From contig CM120647.1 of assembly GCA_051362555.1 (NCBI GenBank), positions 11,198,651 through 11,262,650 on the forward strand: a stretch of DNA of 64,000 nt, given 5' to 3'. Origin of the DNA: Lingula anatina. Lineage: Eukaryota > Animalia > Brachiopoda. A program made the position numbers and the translations under genes. Under the pieces are notes generated by a model, which saw nothing but the letters and a program-made list of their open reading frames with translations, was not told the origin of the DNA and searched no databases. Below are positions 11,894 to 25,521 of the stretch, one piece after another; the first letter of the stretch is position 1, and every line of letters begins with the position of its first letter.

Positions 11894-13063
11894 TTTATTT
11901 ATTTTTTTTTGTGACTGTGAAATGTTGATATGTAGTATCCTAATCAGTTCTTCAGTTTTTTTCTTTCTTTCTTTCATTTTCATTTTTTTTTCTTTCTTTC
12001 TATGAAAATGACGATAACGACGACCTAGAGCTTTCAAGCATTGATTCATCGACTAACTTTTCATACAAATTCAATAATGTTTATTCTCTATTTCTCATCA
12101 CTGATCACGTTATTACTTGTTTTCTTTCCATTGTCTAAATGATTACTAAAATATTTCCATTCTCATGTTGCATTCAACCATTCAGTATTTCCTTATTAGG
12201 TAATTTCTAAGATTCTCATTTTCAATAAAATATCTTAAAAATAATTTGAATTATTCATACCTGGATCATATCAAAAACTCTGTTGGTACGTGTTAGAAAA
12301 CGGGACAGAAAACGTGACAGTAAATAACAATTCTATTTTGAAATTAACAAATCAAATAAAAGTATAGGTGACTTTGATATTTTCAAACTTTTCCCAACAC
12401 TTAAGAAATTTCTTCCCTTGTTGACTCTGAAAGAAATTAAACATGCACTCAATTACTCCCTATTCTTTAATTTATTTGATTCCTCTTCTTCTTCTCATTG
12501 TTTTTATTTTTTGCAATCGGTGAAGATGCACATATTAGCTATCAACTGTACAGTATTTTTTGAACATCCTTCGATTTAGATATATTTATTTATTATTTTT
12601 TATTTATGATTTCCTCTTTTTCAGTCACTCATTTAAACTTTCTTTCGATTACCTATAACATGTTATAATTAAGGCTTATCCGTATTGTGGGCGCGTGTTT
12701 ATTATGTCCATATCTGAACATTATCCGGTTGTATCTGGCACACGGAAGAGAGAACGGAGGGACGTTATTAGGTTCATCCATAAAGTACACGCGTACTAAT
12801 TCAGTGCAGTACCCGGATGTGACAAAGAATGCACACCTCCCTGTATTTAACGGAACTTACGGAAGCCCACTGTCGTTATTGTTGTAACTTGTAACTATTT
12901 TCTTTCTCCCTTGTGCGTCTTTCTCCTTATTTACAATGGGGACAGAGGATTATTTCTTAATACACAGTTTAAATCGATGTGAAAACAGTACACCGATCCA
13001 CCGTTTCCATAACTAGCGACATATTTAAACTTTTGTCTTAATTTTATCTGTTATTATTATTAC

Positions 13064-13109
<46 letters not shown>

Positions 13110-13658
13110 TACATATTTCTCTCTTTCTCTTCAAGTGTCAGACCTGGTGCAGGCATCGACGATCATGGTCCTGCAATTTACTCTATTTTCAGTCAGTTGG
13201 ATTAGTTACTTTCTGGACAGTCGTTGATATATTCCACATACATGTACATATACGCATGATTATTTATTATCATTTCTTGGGGGCAGGGATGACCGAACAA
13301 TTTATGATTATCCCAACAGAATGACAAAAAACGGGTTAAGTGAGTTGCTAGATAAATCGAAATAAATAGGACAAGAAACGCGGCACTGCCTTTACAATCA
13401 CGACACAAAGGACAGACAATTAGGTAAACCGCGGGAATAATAAAATCACTACAATCTCCTATCTTTAGTGGCTTTGGTCCATATTCCCGACAACCCACAG
13501 CAATAAAAAATATCCACGGCTGCGGTTAAAAATAATCGCCGATAGGCTCGGGATACTCACTCGCCGTGACGAAGCAATTTTCGTCCATTGATATAATAGT
13601 AACACCGAGCCCCCGATTAACGGATCATACGACCTGCTGTCTTCCGGGAAGTGGGGTG

Positions 13659-13670
13659 TATATATATAAA
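13659..13670 (+). promoter_or_regulatory. TATA box of the secreted TSP1 protein gene
   Basis: tatatatataaa about 130 nt upstream of the signal-peptide ATG at 13801. Confidence 0.55.
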
Positions 13671-13800
13671 CCATGTAAACATTTGGATTTCGAAGAAACT
13701 GAGCATCAGGTGTGGACAGTCACGATACTTGAGGCCGCCGATACCTCAAACAGTGAACTACGCATTCACCTGTCTTAACTGTAGAAGTTTTAAGCAGTTC

Positions 13801-16800
13801 ATGATGGTGTTAACAAGCGCTGGTGTTTTAGCAGTCGTTGCCTTGGTCGTGGGTTTGATTAACGGAGTGCCACAAGTAAGTCGTTTTCAGGATTGTTTTG
13901 ACTGGTAACAGCGTGATCAAATAGGTTTTCCGTATAAGACATAATTTGTCTTTTAAATAGACTAAACCCGTTTTGAAGCTCAAACCATTGATTTTTATGT
14001 AAAAACAAGTTTAGTTTCTTAAGAAAAAAAATTCTATTTACCATAGAAGCAGCTCGTTAATAACGTTGATAAAAACATGTGTTTATTCCTTTTACCGAGG
14101 ATAGCTTTTGATGCTTATAAGATTAAGCACTGGTCTTTGGTCGCGTATTTTAAATAATAAGTTCGTAGCATCAAATTCCCAGCAAATTTTAAAAGACTGA
14201 CAATTATGACTTAAAATAGGACAAGAAGATGAATAAGTTTATTTTGACGACCTTTGCCCAAAGTTAAACTTGCACCATTGTTCGTGACGCTGTTTTAAGA
14301 CGCAGACTAGCATCTCGACGTTCTATTTACATCAACCATTGCTGATTCTCATAACATAAAAGTAAAACTAAAACAACAGTTCGTTCTATATTATGTAGGA
14401 TCACGACCTCATTTTTTTTTACACCCGAGGAGAAATATTTTATTCCGGTTGGAACCTGAAGAGTGCAGCCCGTAAATTAATTCTCAGCTGTTGAATTAAA
14501 AATGAGTCATAAGTGGGATCTCTTTCACAAAACTTCCGTAAATTGTATGTAACAGCGGTATGGTATAGTTTTACGTTCAATACATCGGTGCAGTGGCAGA
14601 TACGAGACAACAATAAGATGAAGAACAGCTAGCCTCCCTTATTATGAATATTACCGCCGTATCTGCACACGTTTTACGAGAAAATTAGTTTAAGCTGAAC
14701 AAATCTTTTACCCCCCCCCCCCCCCCCCCCCCCCCTCAACAGAAAACGGATTTTTTTTTCGAAAACGCTGTTTATACTCTGCAGTGCTGTGTGTAAACTA
14801 GCAGCGTTGGACAGAATAAATCCACTCTAGTTTTATCATATAATTGCGCCGTTTCAGCAAATGTTGTGAGACCCCCTAACTACCATATATTGAACTATAA
14901 AGATCTAAAAAAAAAAAAAAAATACAAAGCACAACAATAAAAAGTCTGTTGACTTAATACATGTATAACTACGTTTATGATTTCTAAAAATCGTTATACG
15001 AAAACACGGTGATAACTATACCAAGCTATTGAAAGCGAACGATCGACCACTTCGCGGTTATAATGTGTTACAAGGAAGACCGCAGTACCGCATCAACGTA
15101 TACTTTGTCTCATTGGTGTTATACATTGGTGTGGTTGACGTCGCCGGGACCACGACGGGGCGCTTAAAAGGAAGACAAGTTGACCCCGAAGACAAAGATA
15201 AGTTGACAAAGCTTCGTAAAAACATTGCCTTTTTAAAAATATTTTTCCTGTTGCGAACGTCTCGTCTACTATACAGACCCCCTATTTGAAAAAACATAAT
15301 ATTAACACGAGTAAAATTACAAAGGAATATACTTTGTCAGCCGTTATAACTTTTAGACAATATTGCTCCAAAAAGATAATAACAATAATAATAATAGTAA
15401 TAATAATGATAATAATAATAATAATATTACATTTAAATAAAATTATTATAGGGGTTTCTGATGGGATCATGCGTAAGAAAAAAACTAATGTCTCCGTTTC
15501 CAGCCACCGGTGAGGTGCGGTCCTGTCCTGTCACGCGTCCACGACTTTTCCGCGTGCCTCGTGGCGGCTGGCGATGTCGTCTGACGTGAAAACCGTTTGT
15601 CTGACTAAAATGTATATTTTGCTTACATCCTGCTTATTAACATTTTGGTTCAAGTAAAGTCTACTTATTTCTACGAAATCGTTTAACAACACAACATGTC
15701 CTTAAAGAGTTTCAGATGAGATGCCAGGCTGCCATCGTTAATACAGGTAGAACGTATAAATAAACATACATATACGTAAACGTGCACCTTCTTGGTTTAT
15801 CCAAAGATTAGTAGAACTCTACACCTCTTTGTATTGTCGTATTTTGATTCATCGATTAAATCATTCGTATTTATCAAAAGGAAAAAAAGGTGGTGCCTAT
15901 TTAAGACATGAAAATTCCAAATCAATTAATCATTTTGACATTTTATAAAACTAAACGTATGCCTTTGACTACAATTGATGACTCACAACTGTCCACGTGA
16001 TTCAGTTCTGATAAGGGTTGCTCCGACATAGACACAGAACTATCGTCAAAGCAAAAAAATTACTAAAACGTGTTTTTAATTTCTTGATAGAAAACATGTG
16101 GATGGCGTAATATCAAAAGTCATCTGAGGATAAGATATCATTTTGGGGGGATTTTCTGATACCAGAGCAGTCAAAACAGAAAGCGAAAACAATGGGCAGC
16201 TACGGTCATAATGCAAATAATGAAAATAATTCATAAATATGAAAATTATTGATATGTTTATTATCGCTGTCATAAAAAATCAACTGACGTAGACTAAGAG
16301 TTTGACGTCATACGTACATGTAGGACTTGAACTAGAGCGTGCAGCCTACGTCAAGTCAGCCCGGTTTATTGTAAAAGGTGAAAAGATAAAGAATACGAAG
16401 AAGATTTATACAAAGATAGAGTGTGTGAAAGAGAGGGGGAGGGAGAGAGGGAAAGAGAAAGAGAGGTAAAAAAGAAAGATAAGCAGCGGGGGATCATCAT
16501 TTCTCCATCAAAACACAATCTTATATTTATAGTTATACTCCGTATACTCTCTTCAGGACCTGACGAAACAGAAAGCTTTACTGGCGCCTTCTTCCTTGAA
16601 TACGACCTCTCCTGGCTGTGGCGGGTGCGGGGCAGGGGCGGTGCCGGGGACAAAGGTCAGGACTTGTGAGAGAATGCTGCAAGACGCCGACTGCATCGTA
16701 ATGAAACGGTGCATCCACAGACGGCCTAATTTTATGGGCGGAGGAACAATGTCAGTGGCGTGTCCACAGGTGACCAAGTGAGTATTAGGGTGCATTCCCA

Positions 16801-18795
16801 TAGATTTTAGATCGATCTATCCCCGTGGGGAGTCTCACTAGATTACTGTCAGATAATCCGGCTTAAATGTCCGTCCCGCCTTCTACAAGGTGTAAGGGGG
16901 TAATTAACCTTCGTGCCCGCTCGGCTGACAGCTATTTAGCGTGAACCCCCAGGGAGTTAGGTCGATCTAGTTGGATCGAACTAATCTCTGGGAATGGGGT
17001 CTTAAAGTGGCATGTGGGGTGGGTGGTGTAAAAGTTTACGAAAACAATTAAAAAAGAATTAAATAAGAACGTACTGTAGTGCTAGCGAAAGAACAAGGAA
17101 ATACAAATCCCTGATAGTGACGCATAACAAGTATCTTCTTCCTCCAGATGCAACAAAACTGAAAGCTTCTGCTGCAGCAACGCGTTTCCTGTGTACGCAG
17201 AAGCCCCTACCTCGGGACTGGAGACCGATCTCGAGAGGATAGAGCGACATCTGGAGGGCCCCGTGGCATGCGAAAGTACGTTAACTGTAGCTATTCTGTG
17301 GACTGAGAACAAATGATAATGAGAATCATCTGAGAATGCCTAAAACGAGGCTGGCGGTTTCACGAGACGTCATAGTAGACAAAAAAGCGTGGTCTGAGAA
17401 ACGTGGGGGCAATCTTTTGGCAATAGGGTAAAACACATTTAGAATATCGTCTTGGAAAGCAAAATTCGTGAAATATGCTAGTGAGTGAGTCGCGAAATAT
17501 GATGAAATCGCACTGTTTCGCAATAACCTGTTATTTTACAGAACTTAAGGGAAAACAACAGGAAACATAGCAGTGGGTAAATTCTGCCCACTTTCCTTCA
17601 TTGACGCGCTAGTTTTTTTCTGCTCCCACTTTTCTCCTAATCTCAGATGATTCCCATTAACCTTGACAATAAGACGGTTTTACAAACTGTCAACTAATTT
17701 GCAAACGCTTCTTTCATGAAACTTCATTTGTACAAAGCCAATAATTTTTCCTCCTGTGAGAAAAAAAGACAGTTGGAGGGGTTCTAGATAAGAAATCCGC
17801 TTGCGTGTGACTTTTGTTTTTCGGAATTCCTTGGGCCAAAGATATTGGCAAGGCAACCCCAGCAAACCTATATTTAGGTCTGTTTCTTCCTTCTAGTCCC
17901 AAACTGGACCACGTGGTCATCGTGGTCATCATGCAGCAAGACCTGTGGAGGGTTTGGGTGTGGTCAGCGCACGAGGTTCAGGACCTGCTTGAACAAGGAC
18001 CGCGTAGAATGCAGGTGAGAGGGGACGCACGACAATTAATTCCTCAATTATTCTCTACAAAATAATATGCACAAGCAGACAGAATAAGTGAATAGAAAAC
18101 TAATAATAATAATATTCTCCTTACTTTTAAGTTTACTGGATCACCCAGCGTATACATCATATTTACACTGTCTTCCCTACACTGTTTCATGCCGAGAGAC
18201 ATTTGTTTCAAATACATATTCTTTGAAACATAACTTGATAAATGATCGTCACATTAGGGTCAAAATTCAATATTCACCATGAACGTCGTCTTACACACTA
18301 GGCATCGCTCTCAATCTCTTCCTGTGCTCTTGTCTTCAGCAATTCTCACCACCAGGTGGAGACAGAGGCATGCGGCAGCAGCGCCCCCTGTGAGACAATT
18401 CAACAGAAACCGTGTCCACGTTACAGCGCCTTCTGGTGGGGATGGTGGGGCCGGACCCAGAGGCAAGCTAAGTAAGTATGGGCTGGCCATTGCACAGTTG
18501 ATATTGGAAGACGATATCATTCGTGCTCTTAAGTTCATTTATTCTTTCGTTCATTAATTCATTTTTCTATACATTGACAAATGATGTATTATTCAAGGTA
18601 AATTCAATGCTTGTTTAATTTACTGATTAATTCATTAATTGAGTCAGTGTTTAATCCATTTGTCATTTTAGGATATTTTTTATCAATATGTGTCTTTATT
18701 TTTACGTTTGTTTATCTTTCAGCTGTGCAACTCGTGTTAACGAGTGTTGCCAAGGATACAGCAACTACGGGAGAATGTGTCTAGAGATCGCTTAA
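13801..18795 (+). CDS. Secreted Cys-rich protein with one thrombospondin type-1 repeat, ~248 aa; exons 13801-13875, (15504-15509 microexon?), 16557-16777, 17148-17275, 17897-18014, 18340-18471, 18723-18795
   Basis: Signal peptide MMVLTSAGVLAVVALVVGLING; Cys-rich region (GCGGC...FCCSN); TSP1 WTTWSSWSSCSKTCGGFGCGQRTRFRTC...ETEAC; tail CATRVNECCQGYSNYGRMC. Phases 0/2/1/2/2 agree; 747 nt ending in TAA. Confidence 0.85.
16788..17001 (+). mobile_element. MITE family A copy 2
   Basis: Same sequence as 1366-1580; TTA on both flanks; begins at intron position +11 after the donor at 16778. Confidence 0.88.
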
Positions 18796-21452
18796 AGTTT
18801 GACACTTAACGATTTCTTATTCTGTAATACAGTACAACACGCAAGGTTGTTATAAAACCTGCGGTTAAAAATGAACGTGTCACGTTTTTAACACGTTGTG
18901 CAGAGAAGTTGAACCGTCACCTTTTCTCTCTCTTTGCAACGAGTTTGTATGGCGTCACCATTTGCGCCTTTACTGGATCTGTACATAAATATGAAGTTAA
19001 ACGATTACCTTGCAGAATAAGTATTTCTGTCAACTTAGTGTTTAAACAGGAGACCTGTCAACTTAAAACACTTTTTTACGACAGCTGAGTCAGTGAGCGG
19101 AAAATGATCTGAGACACATTTATCGTCGGTTTAATACCGGATCTATTTACACTACGTTGTTTGGAGGAAAGATGATAATACTCGTGAGGAATGTTGACTG
19201 ACAGGATAATGATTTAACTTCTTTGGTTTTATTGTTTTGGCGTCACCAGCACATTCATGTTTAGATATCACGACTTTATCAGATTAAATGCACTTAGTTC
19301 CCAATAATTATATCTTTATTTGATGAATATCAGTTAAAGCATTTTCGTTATCATCGCGCTAAATATTATATAAACGTTTATCTTTAAATGCATGCATACT
19401 AAAATAAGAACATCATTTGAAAGAATTAATATTCAGAAAATTCTTAAAAACTGCAGATATCAAAGGTTCAGTATTCAGGTGTCAACTTATACTTTAATGC
19501 GTTCCTTTCACATGCTGGTCTGAAGGTTTTTAAACGCACACATTATATTTATTCATTGTTTCACTTGATAATGTTTTCATCTCTAATGTATTATCTAAAA
19601 TGTAAATAAGGAATTTAAAGTGAAAAACTAAAAGTTTGGTAAGTTGTAAATAACAAAACTTCTGAAAAAAAAAGATGCATCAATCGATTTGATTAAGATA
19701 TATCAATCGCACAAGTCTAAATAAATCTGGTGTATAGTTACTATTGCTATTTTTGTCATTATAGCTTAACTACATATATCAGTCCTTAAAAAGCGTTTAA
19801 TAAGGTTTTTTTGTCAGTGAGAAAATACTCTCTTTGTTCTCGTCAGACATTATGATTATTAACAAATATTTATCTGACAAGCAAGTAGTCCATTCGGTTC
19901 TTAAGTATTACGTTATAGTATAAATCTGAATTCATCATTCCAGGGAGATTAAGTTTATAAATGCATTTTCTTTTCTATCGTGTGAATGTCAATTCTGAGA
20001 CAAAAAGACCACCGCCATAAATATCTATGAAGTCTTCTCTAACGTCTTTTTTATTCGATCATTAGTTCATGACTTGAGCAACAAATGTTTAACGGGACCT
20101 TTCTTTGTTAAAAAGTTAATGATGGCGAGTGGTATCGCTCAGGATTTAAAGTGTTTTTGCATGGCAAAGAGAATGTGTCGCTGGGGTGGTCTGTATTTCC
20201 ATTTTTAAATGAAATATTAAAATATAAAGTCTACTGTTACACGTGGAATGTAGTCTAAAAGATCTTTAACTCCCGCACTTAAGTTACCTTCAACAACGAA
20301 TGGCACATGTGGTTAAAGGTCCAATAGCTTAAGTTTATCATTAATCAAGTCGTCGTCATTGTGTAGTCGATCTCTCCGGTGTTTTGGAGGTAAAAAAGAG
20401 TTCCCAACTATAGCAATGTTATTCAGACCCTTTCACAAACAAATATATACTTAATTATGTCACTAAGATGATTTGCTGTTAATGCTCATTAAAAGATGTT
20501 GCAAGTGAAATAACCTATATTTTAACTATTCAAAGCAGATTTCAAATTTTATTTGAGGTCTTTTTTTACAGATCTTTGTCAGTGTCTCGTACATGTATAC
20601 GGTATTTTATTTGTTGGCGTCCTTAAAAATTACCTAATACCTACTTTGTCACAATCCTGAGGTAGAATTATCTGGCACTAACATAGTCACTCTATTGAGG
20701 CAGAATTAAAACAAACCCCATCAATATATATTTTAAGGCCATATTATCCAATTTTTCCCGCCTAGCTCAACCCGCGGGACATTTCATTGGTCGTAATTTC
20801 ATTGCGTGTAAAAATGCAATTTGAAGGAGGCGTGTTTATACTGTGCGCATATTAAAATCCGGAGACAATACGAAAGGTATAGGCCTACACGAAACTAATA
20901 TACATACCCTGCAGAGTATAATATAGACAACAGCAACTAAACCAGTAAATGATAACGATGCTATTCTCGTGCAGAAAGTCATCGCCTCCGTTCCTAGTGC
21001 CCAGAGCACGAAGAGGTACCTTTTCATCTCCCCACCTGTCCCGCACCGTATTCCCAGCACATCTGTCTAGCCGCGACGTCTCTCAAGATTCCTCTCAGGG
21101 CGAGATGCCATGCCAGACTACTTAGTCCACAGATCGTCACTTGGCGGGTCCCTGCACGTGCCTCTGTGGCGCAAAATTGTACAGAGTTGCGTCAATATTT
21201 TGCGGTCGTGTTTTCGAACTTCGGATAACTGTCTTAAGTGTTTGTGCGGCTTTCAAAAGGTTGGACGGATATATGTAGTGAACCCCACAGCGGCACTGTA
21301 ATCTGGGTTGTGTGGGACTGTGTACAGACAGCTGTTGGGGATTGTGTCCGTGTGGAGCCTACGCCTTCTTTTTGTTGTTGACAAGACGTTGGTGGAGCAT
21401 CCGTGACGTAAAGGGTGACAGTTGACCTGTGTTGTATCGCAGCCTTGGCAAG

Positions 21453-21838
21453 ATGGTGTGGAGCTTGTTTTTGTTGTGTCTTGTTACCGCTGTAACAGGT
21501 AAGTAGGAATTGCAAGCATTTAAATAGAAGAGACATTTTGTCGTTGGTTGACTAACTTTATTATTTCTTTCGTGATTCTAACTTTGCTCGAAAATATGCA
21601 CAAGATAAAGAACTGTTGAGAAATATGCATGTAACAGTTGTTATGAGTGTCACTTTGAGCAAAGTTATTCAGTTGTTGTGCGTGTGTACATACATTAACC
21701 TTGAAGACATGAGATTGCTCTTTTCTGTTGTGTATTTTATATAACACAGGTTACTCAGTAGAACTGTATTGGTCTTAAGTTTGTTTAAACACTCATTGTA
21801 GGGAGTGTGCATGATTCTAGAAATTTATTAACTGTGCA

Positions 21839-21872
<34 letters not shown>

Positions 21873-24800
21873 TATCACTTATACACACATACATACACAC
21901 AATGGATCCTACATGTACTATATATAATAACAATGGCAATACCCGGTAACTGCTACGCCCGCTTTTTCGCCTCCTCCTGCTGCTAATACTACATGTGCCG
22001 TTTCCCCAACAGAAATTTCCTATAGGATCCCATAAGATGTTCTACAAGAAATTGGCCCAAATAAAAACCCTACAGGGTCCTATGGAACATATTTCCTTGA
22101 CAGGAATCCTTTAGGACGCCCGTTAGAACTCCTATAGAGTGAAATTGGAGTCCTGTGGTACATCCTATAGAAAATTTTCATGGCGGATTTTAAGGCGGGG
22201 TATACCAGGGGTGCTGACACCCCCCCCCCCCCTCCTTCGATTTCTGAAATAATTACAGCAATGGTCCCTTCTTGAAATTCGAATTTTGACTAGCTGAATC
22301 ATATTTCTAAACCGTCCCAAATGATACCGTTCTCCCTCTAAAGTATCTAATTTTTTTTGGTCCCTTCAAATAATCCTGGATCCGCCTCTGATATTACTAG
22401 TTCTACTACTACAATCACTACAACTACGACTACTACTGACGGTACTACTACTACAACTACCACAACAACTACTACTACTACTACTATATGTGCACTACAT
22501 CCTACTGAATTTTCAGGTGGTCGCAGTCAGATGTGCAGCGATGGCCAGGTGGCAGAGTGTATGGCCCCTATGAGACGCTATTCCCTTGATGTGCTCTCTG
22601 ACCTCTTTCCTAGATACCGAGAGAACGCCCTCAAGACACTCTGCGAGTAGGTGGTGCACTGATATTTTTAATAACTAATAAAAGTATTATCAATTATATA
22701 TTTAACAACTTAATAATATTTATTTATTTATAGATACTGTTATTTCAAAAATCGAAATACTCTTCGAATCTCAGAGGAATGTTCAACTTAAACATTCTAC
22801 AGAGTGCAGTTTATGACTTCAAAGTGCTTTTATAGAATAGTGCGCCGGTGTTATATCATAAAAGACCGTAATTAAATACAGAGAGTTGTTCAAAACATAA
22901 AAAACGCGTAAATTTATATGTACTTAAAGCCAGGATAAATCAAAGTAATATAAAGTGGTTCATTAAAATCTTACGCTTAATTAAGCCATGTGTTTCTTTT
23001 TAAATGGTAAAGCTGTAATATCACATGTTGGTCGACTGATAGTGATTTGACTTGGAACAAGGCAGACTAAAATGCAGGCTCAAATTTAAGACAGATTTTT
23101 TAAAGTCTTAAAAGATAAATGTTCTGTGGTAAAACTGGCCCCCAATGTCAGGTAGGCCTATATGTCCTGAGAAATGCACCTTTCTTCCAGCCATTACGAG
23201 GAGTCTGAAGATTGCTTTAAACCGCTGAAGGAGACGTGTCCGCCATTGGTGGAGAGGCAGATTGATGCCATGGAGGACGCCTTTGATTTTCTGTGTGAGG
23301 ACGGCTTGGAAGGTGAGCAGACGACAGCGTCTCACCTGGAGTCAGGGCCGGATATATGTATACCCCCAGTAAGCAGGGGCAGAGTAAAATATATTGCGTG
23401 GAAGTTTTAATGAAAATTATTTGTTCCATAAACTTGCTTACCCGTATAAACACAAATTGCAGCGAAATATTTAATATATAGTTACATGTTTTGTTTTGAG
23501 TTCTGTTCTTCAATTTTGACAGAAATATTTCAATCTCTTTTTCCCCTATTAGATTACAAAAAGGTAGAGGAATGTTTCGAAGCATCTGAATACATAGGGG
23601 CGACCGACGCGTGCCTGGGGAACTTCTTTGCAACAGTAAACATAGAGGCGGCAAACGGGGAGTATCCAACATGCTTGTAAGTATGGTGTTATCAGAACGG
23701 ATAGTATCCAACATGCTTGTAAGTATGGAGTTATCAGAACGGATAGTATCCAACATGTTAGTAAGTATGGGGTTATCAGAGCGGATGGTATCCAGCATGT
23801 TAGTAAGTATGGAGTTATCGTAACGGCTAGTATCCAGCATACAAGTATGGGGTTATCAGGGAGGACAATACCCAACATGCAAGTGAGTACGTGGTTATGA
23901 GACCGGATAATATTCAACCTGCTAGTGGGTATGGGCTTAACAGAACTAAGTATGGGTCTATCAGCGCGGATAATATTCAACATGCAAGTGAATATGGGCT
24001 TATCATAACGGATAGTATCCAGCATGTGTATCTCATGGAGGACTGCATGGTACTACTGAGTAGTATGTAACGCAGTCTTTATCCATTCATTTTCTGTACG
24101 TTATAATTCCAGTGATATGAGTGCCTTGGTGAAATGTGGCTATGATGCGGCTAAGTACCTGTGTGGAGAGGAGGCGGGCTACTGGCAGTGTAAACAGAGC
24201 AAACACGCTCTCAGAGCTCTCTTCATTGGGAACAGCTCATGTGCTTTGGGTGCGTTTGATGGTTATATTTAATTATAATATATTTACTTTTCTGCATTCA
24301 CTTTTACATTGTATTTATAACAACAATTTGGTCAATCTTCAAATGAGAATTTACCCCGCCGTATTTTCTAACCGTATTCCTCTTGGTCTTCTTTTACAAT
24401 GTCATCATTCAGGATTAGTCTACTTCATATATTTTGCTCACTTATGCTTCTGTCTTTCTTGCTCGAAATTTATGATTATTATTTTTCCGTCTTCCTTTTA
24501 GACTGTGACCCAGGCAACGATCCAGCCCCAACGAACTCCACTGATGGCGAGGTGAAGGAACACGAGCCGGCCGATGGAGAAACAAAAACTGAAAAGGAAA
24601 AAAATAAAGATAAAGAAAAAGAAAAAGAAAGTGAACATGACAAAGAAAAGAAACAAGAACACGATCAGGAAAACGAAAAGGATAAAGACGACGAGAAAAG
24701 TACCTATACATTGGAGGATAACTCTAGTAGTAGGGAAGAGGTGGATACCGGAAGTACAGTAGAAAATGGTGATTTCAAAGCCGTGCACCGAAACGAGGAA

Positions 24801-25157
24801 AGTGAAGAACACGGCAATGACACAGGGATTCTAGTCGGTGTCATGGGCGGCATTCTGATCGTTGGAATGATAATTGTAATCATCGGATTCTGCAGATACC
24901 GAGCTAAAAAACGAGGACGTCTCGACGAGCAGCCAATAGTCAACGACGCCCGTTATTCTGCATCAGTGCCGTCTATCGTCCCCGTTACTGGACCAAGTAG
25001 TGTTCTGTTCGTTGCACCTACAGCACGCGGTCAAACTAGACGCGAGGGGGCGCAGTTAGTTAACGGACAAGGAGGAGCAGCTTCGTACGGCGGAACTGTG
25101 TCTGAAAGAGTAGATGCACAGAATGCTCACAATGCGAATGTGTCTGCGTATATCTAA
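21453..25157 (+). CDS. Type I membrane protein, ~404 aa, Cys-rich helical (DUF19-like) ectodomain; exons 21453-21498, 22517-22646, 23191-23312, 23553-23676, 24113-24249, 24502-25157
   Basis: Signal peptide MVWSLFLLCLVTAVTG; four exons with regularly spaced Cys; K/E/D-rich stalk; TM GILVGVMGGILIVGMIIVIIGFC followed by RYRAKKR; tail ends VSAYI. Phases 1/2/1/2/1 agree; 1215 nt. The DUF19 label is inferred from Cys spacing. Confidence 0.85.
23660..24030 (+). repeat. 42-bp tandem repeat (~9 decaying units) that starts inside an exon and repeats its donor site
   Basis: Unit gtatccaacatgctt|gtaagtatggagttatcagaacggata; gtaagt at 23677, 23719, 23761 and 23803. Confidence 0.9.
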
Positions 25158-25296
25158 TATGGAAACATGACTACTTTAACATTGTTTATATCTCTAGCAG
25201 TATTATGTCCATGTTGTCTGTGGTGTAGATACAATAATGGTACCGAACTGGTCACGAAATGAAAGCAGTGACGTGGGGGATTTGAAACAACTCTAT

Positions 25297-25521
25297 GGGT
25301 GTATTCCCAGAGATTTAGATCGATCCAGAGATTAAGATTTAGATCGACCTAACTCCCTGGGGGTTCACGCTAAATTGCAGTCAGCCGAGCGCGCACCATA
25401 GTTAATTACCCCCTTAAAGCTTTCAGTAGGCGGGACAGACGCTTAAGCCGGCTAAGCTGACAGTAATCTAGTGAGACTCCCCGCAGGGATAGATCGATCT
25501 AAAATCTATGGAAATGGGGTC
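25297..25521 (-). mobile_element. MITE family A copy 3 (probably in the 3' UTR of the membrane-protein gene)
   Basis: Reverse-orientation copy; TAT on both flanks; 140 nt after the stop codon. Confidence 0.85.

Noticed and set aside
9625-12005. Poly-Ile, CV and FIYL ORFs that look like membrane proteins
   Set aside because: Translations of (ATT)n, (CA)n and (TTTA)n microsatellites.
22357-22516. Poly-Thr extension upstream of membrane-protein exon 2
   Set aside because: Intronic (ACT/ACA)n tract. A canonical acceptor at 22516 matches the phase of the signal-peptide exon.
23217-24025. 207-aa and 158-aa minus-strand ORFs
   Set aside because: Antisense to real exons plus the 42-bp repeat; no independent protein motifs.
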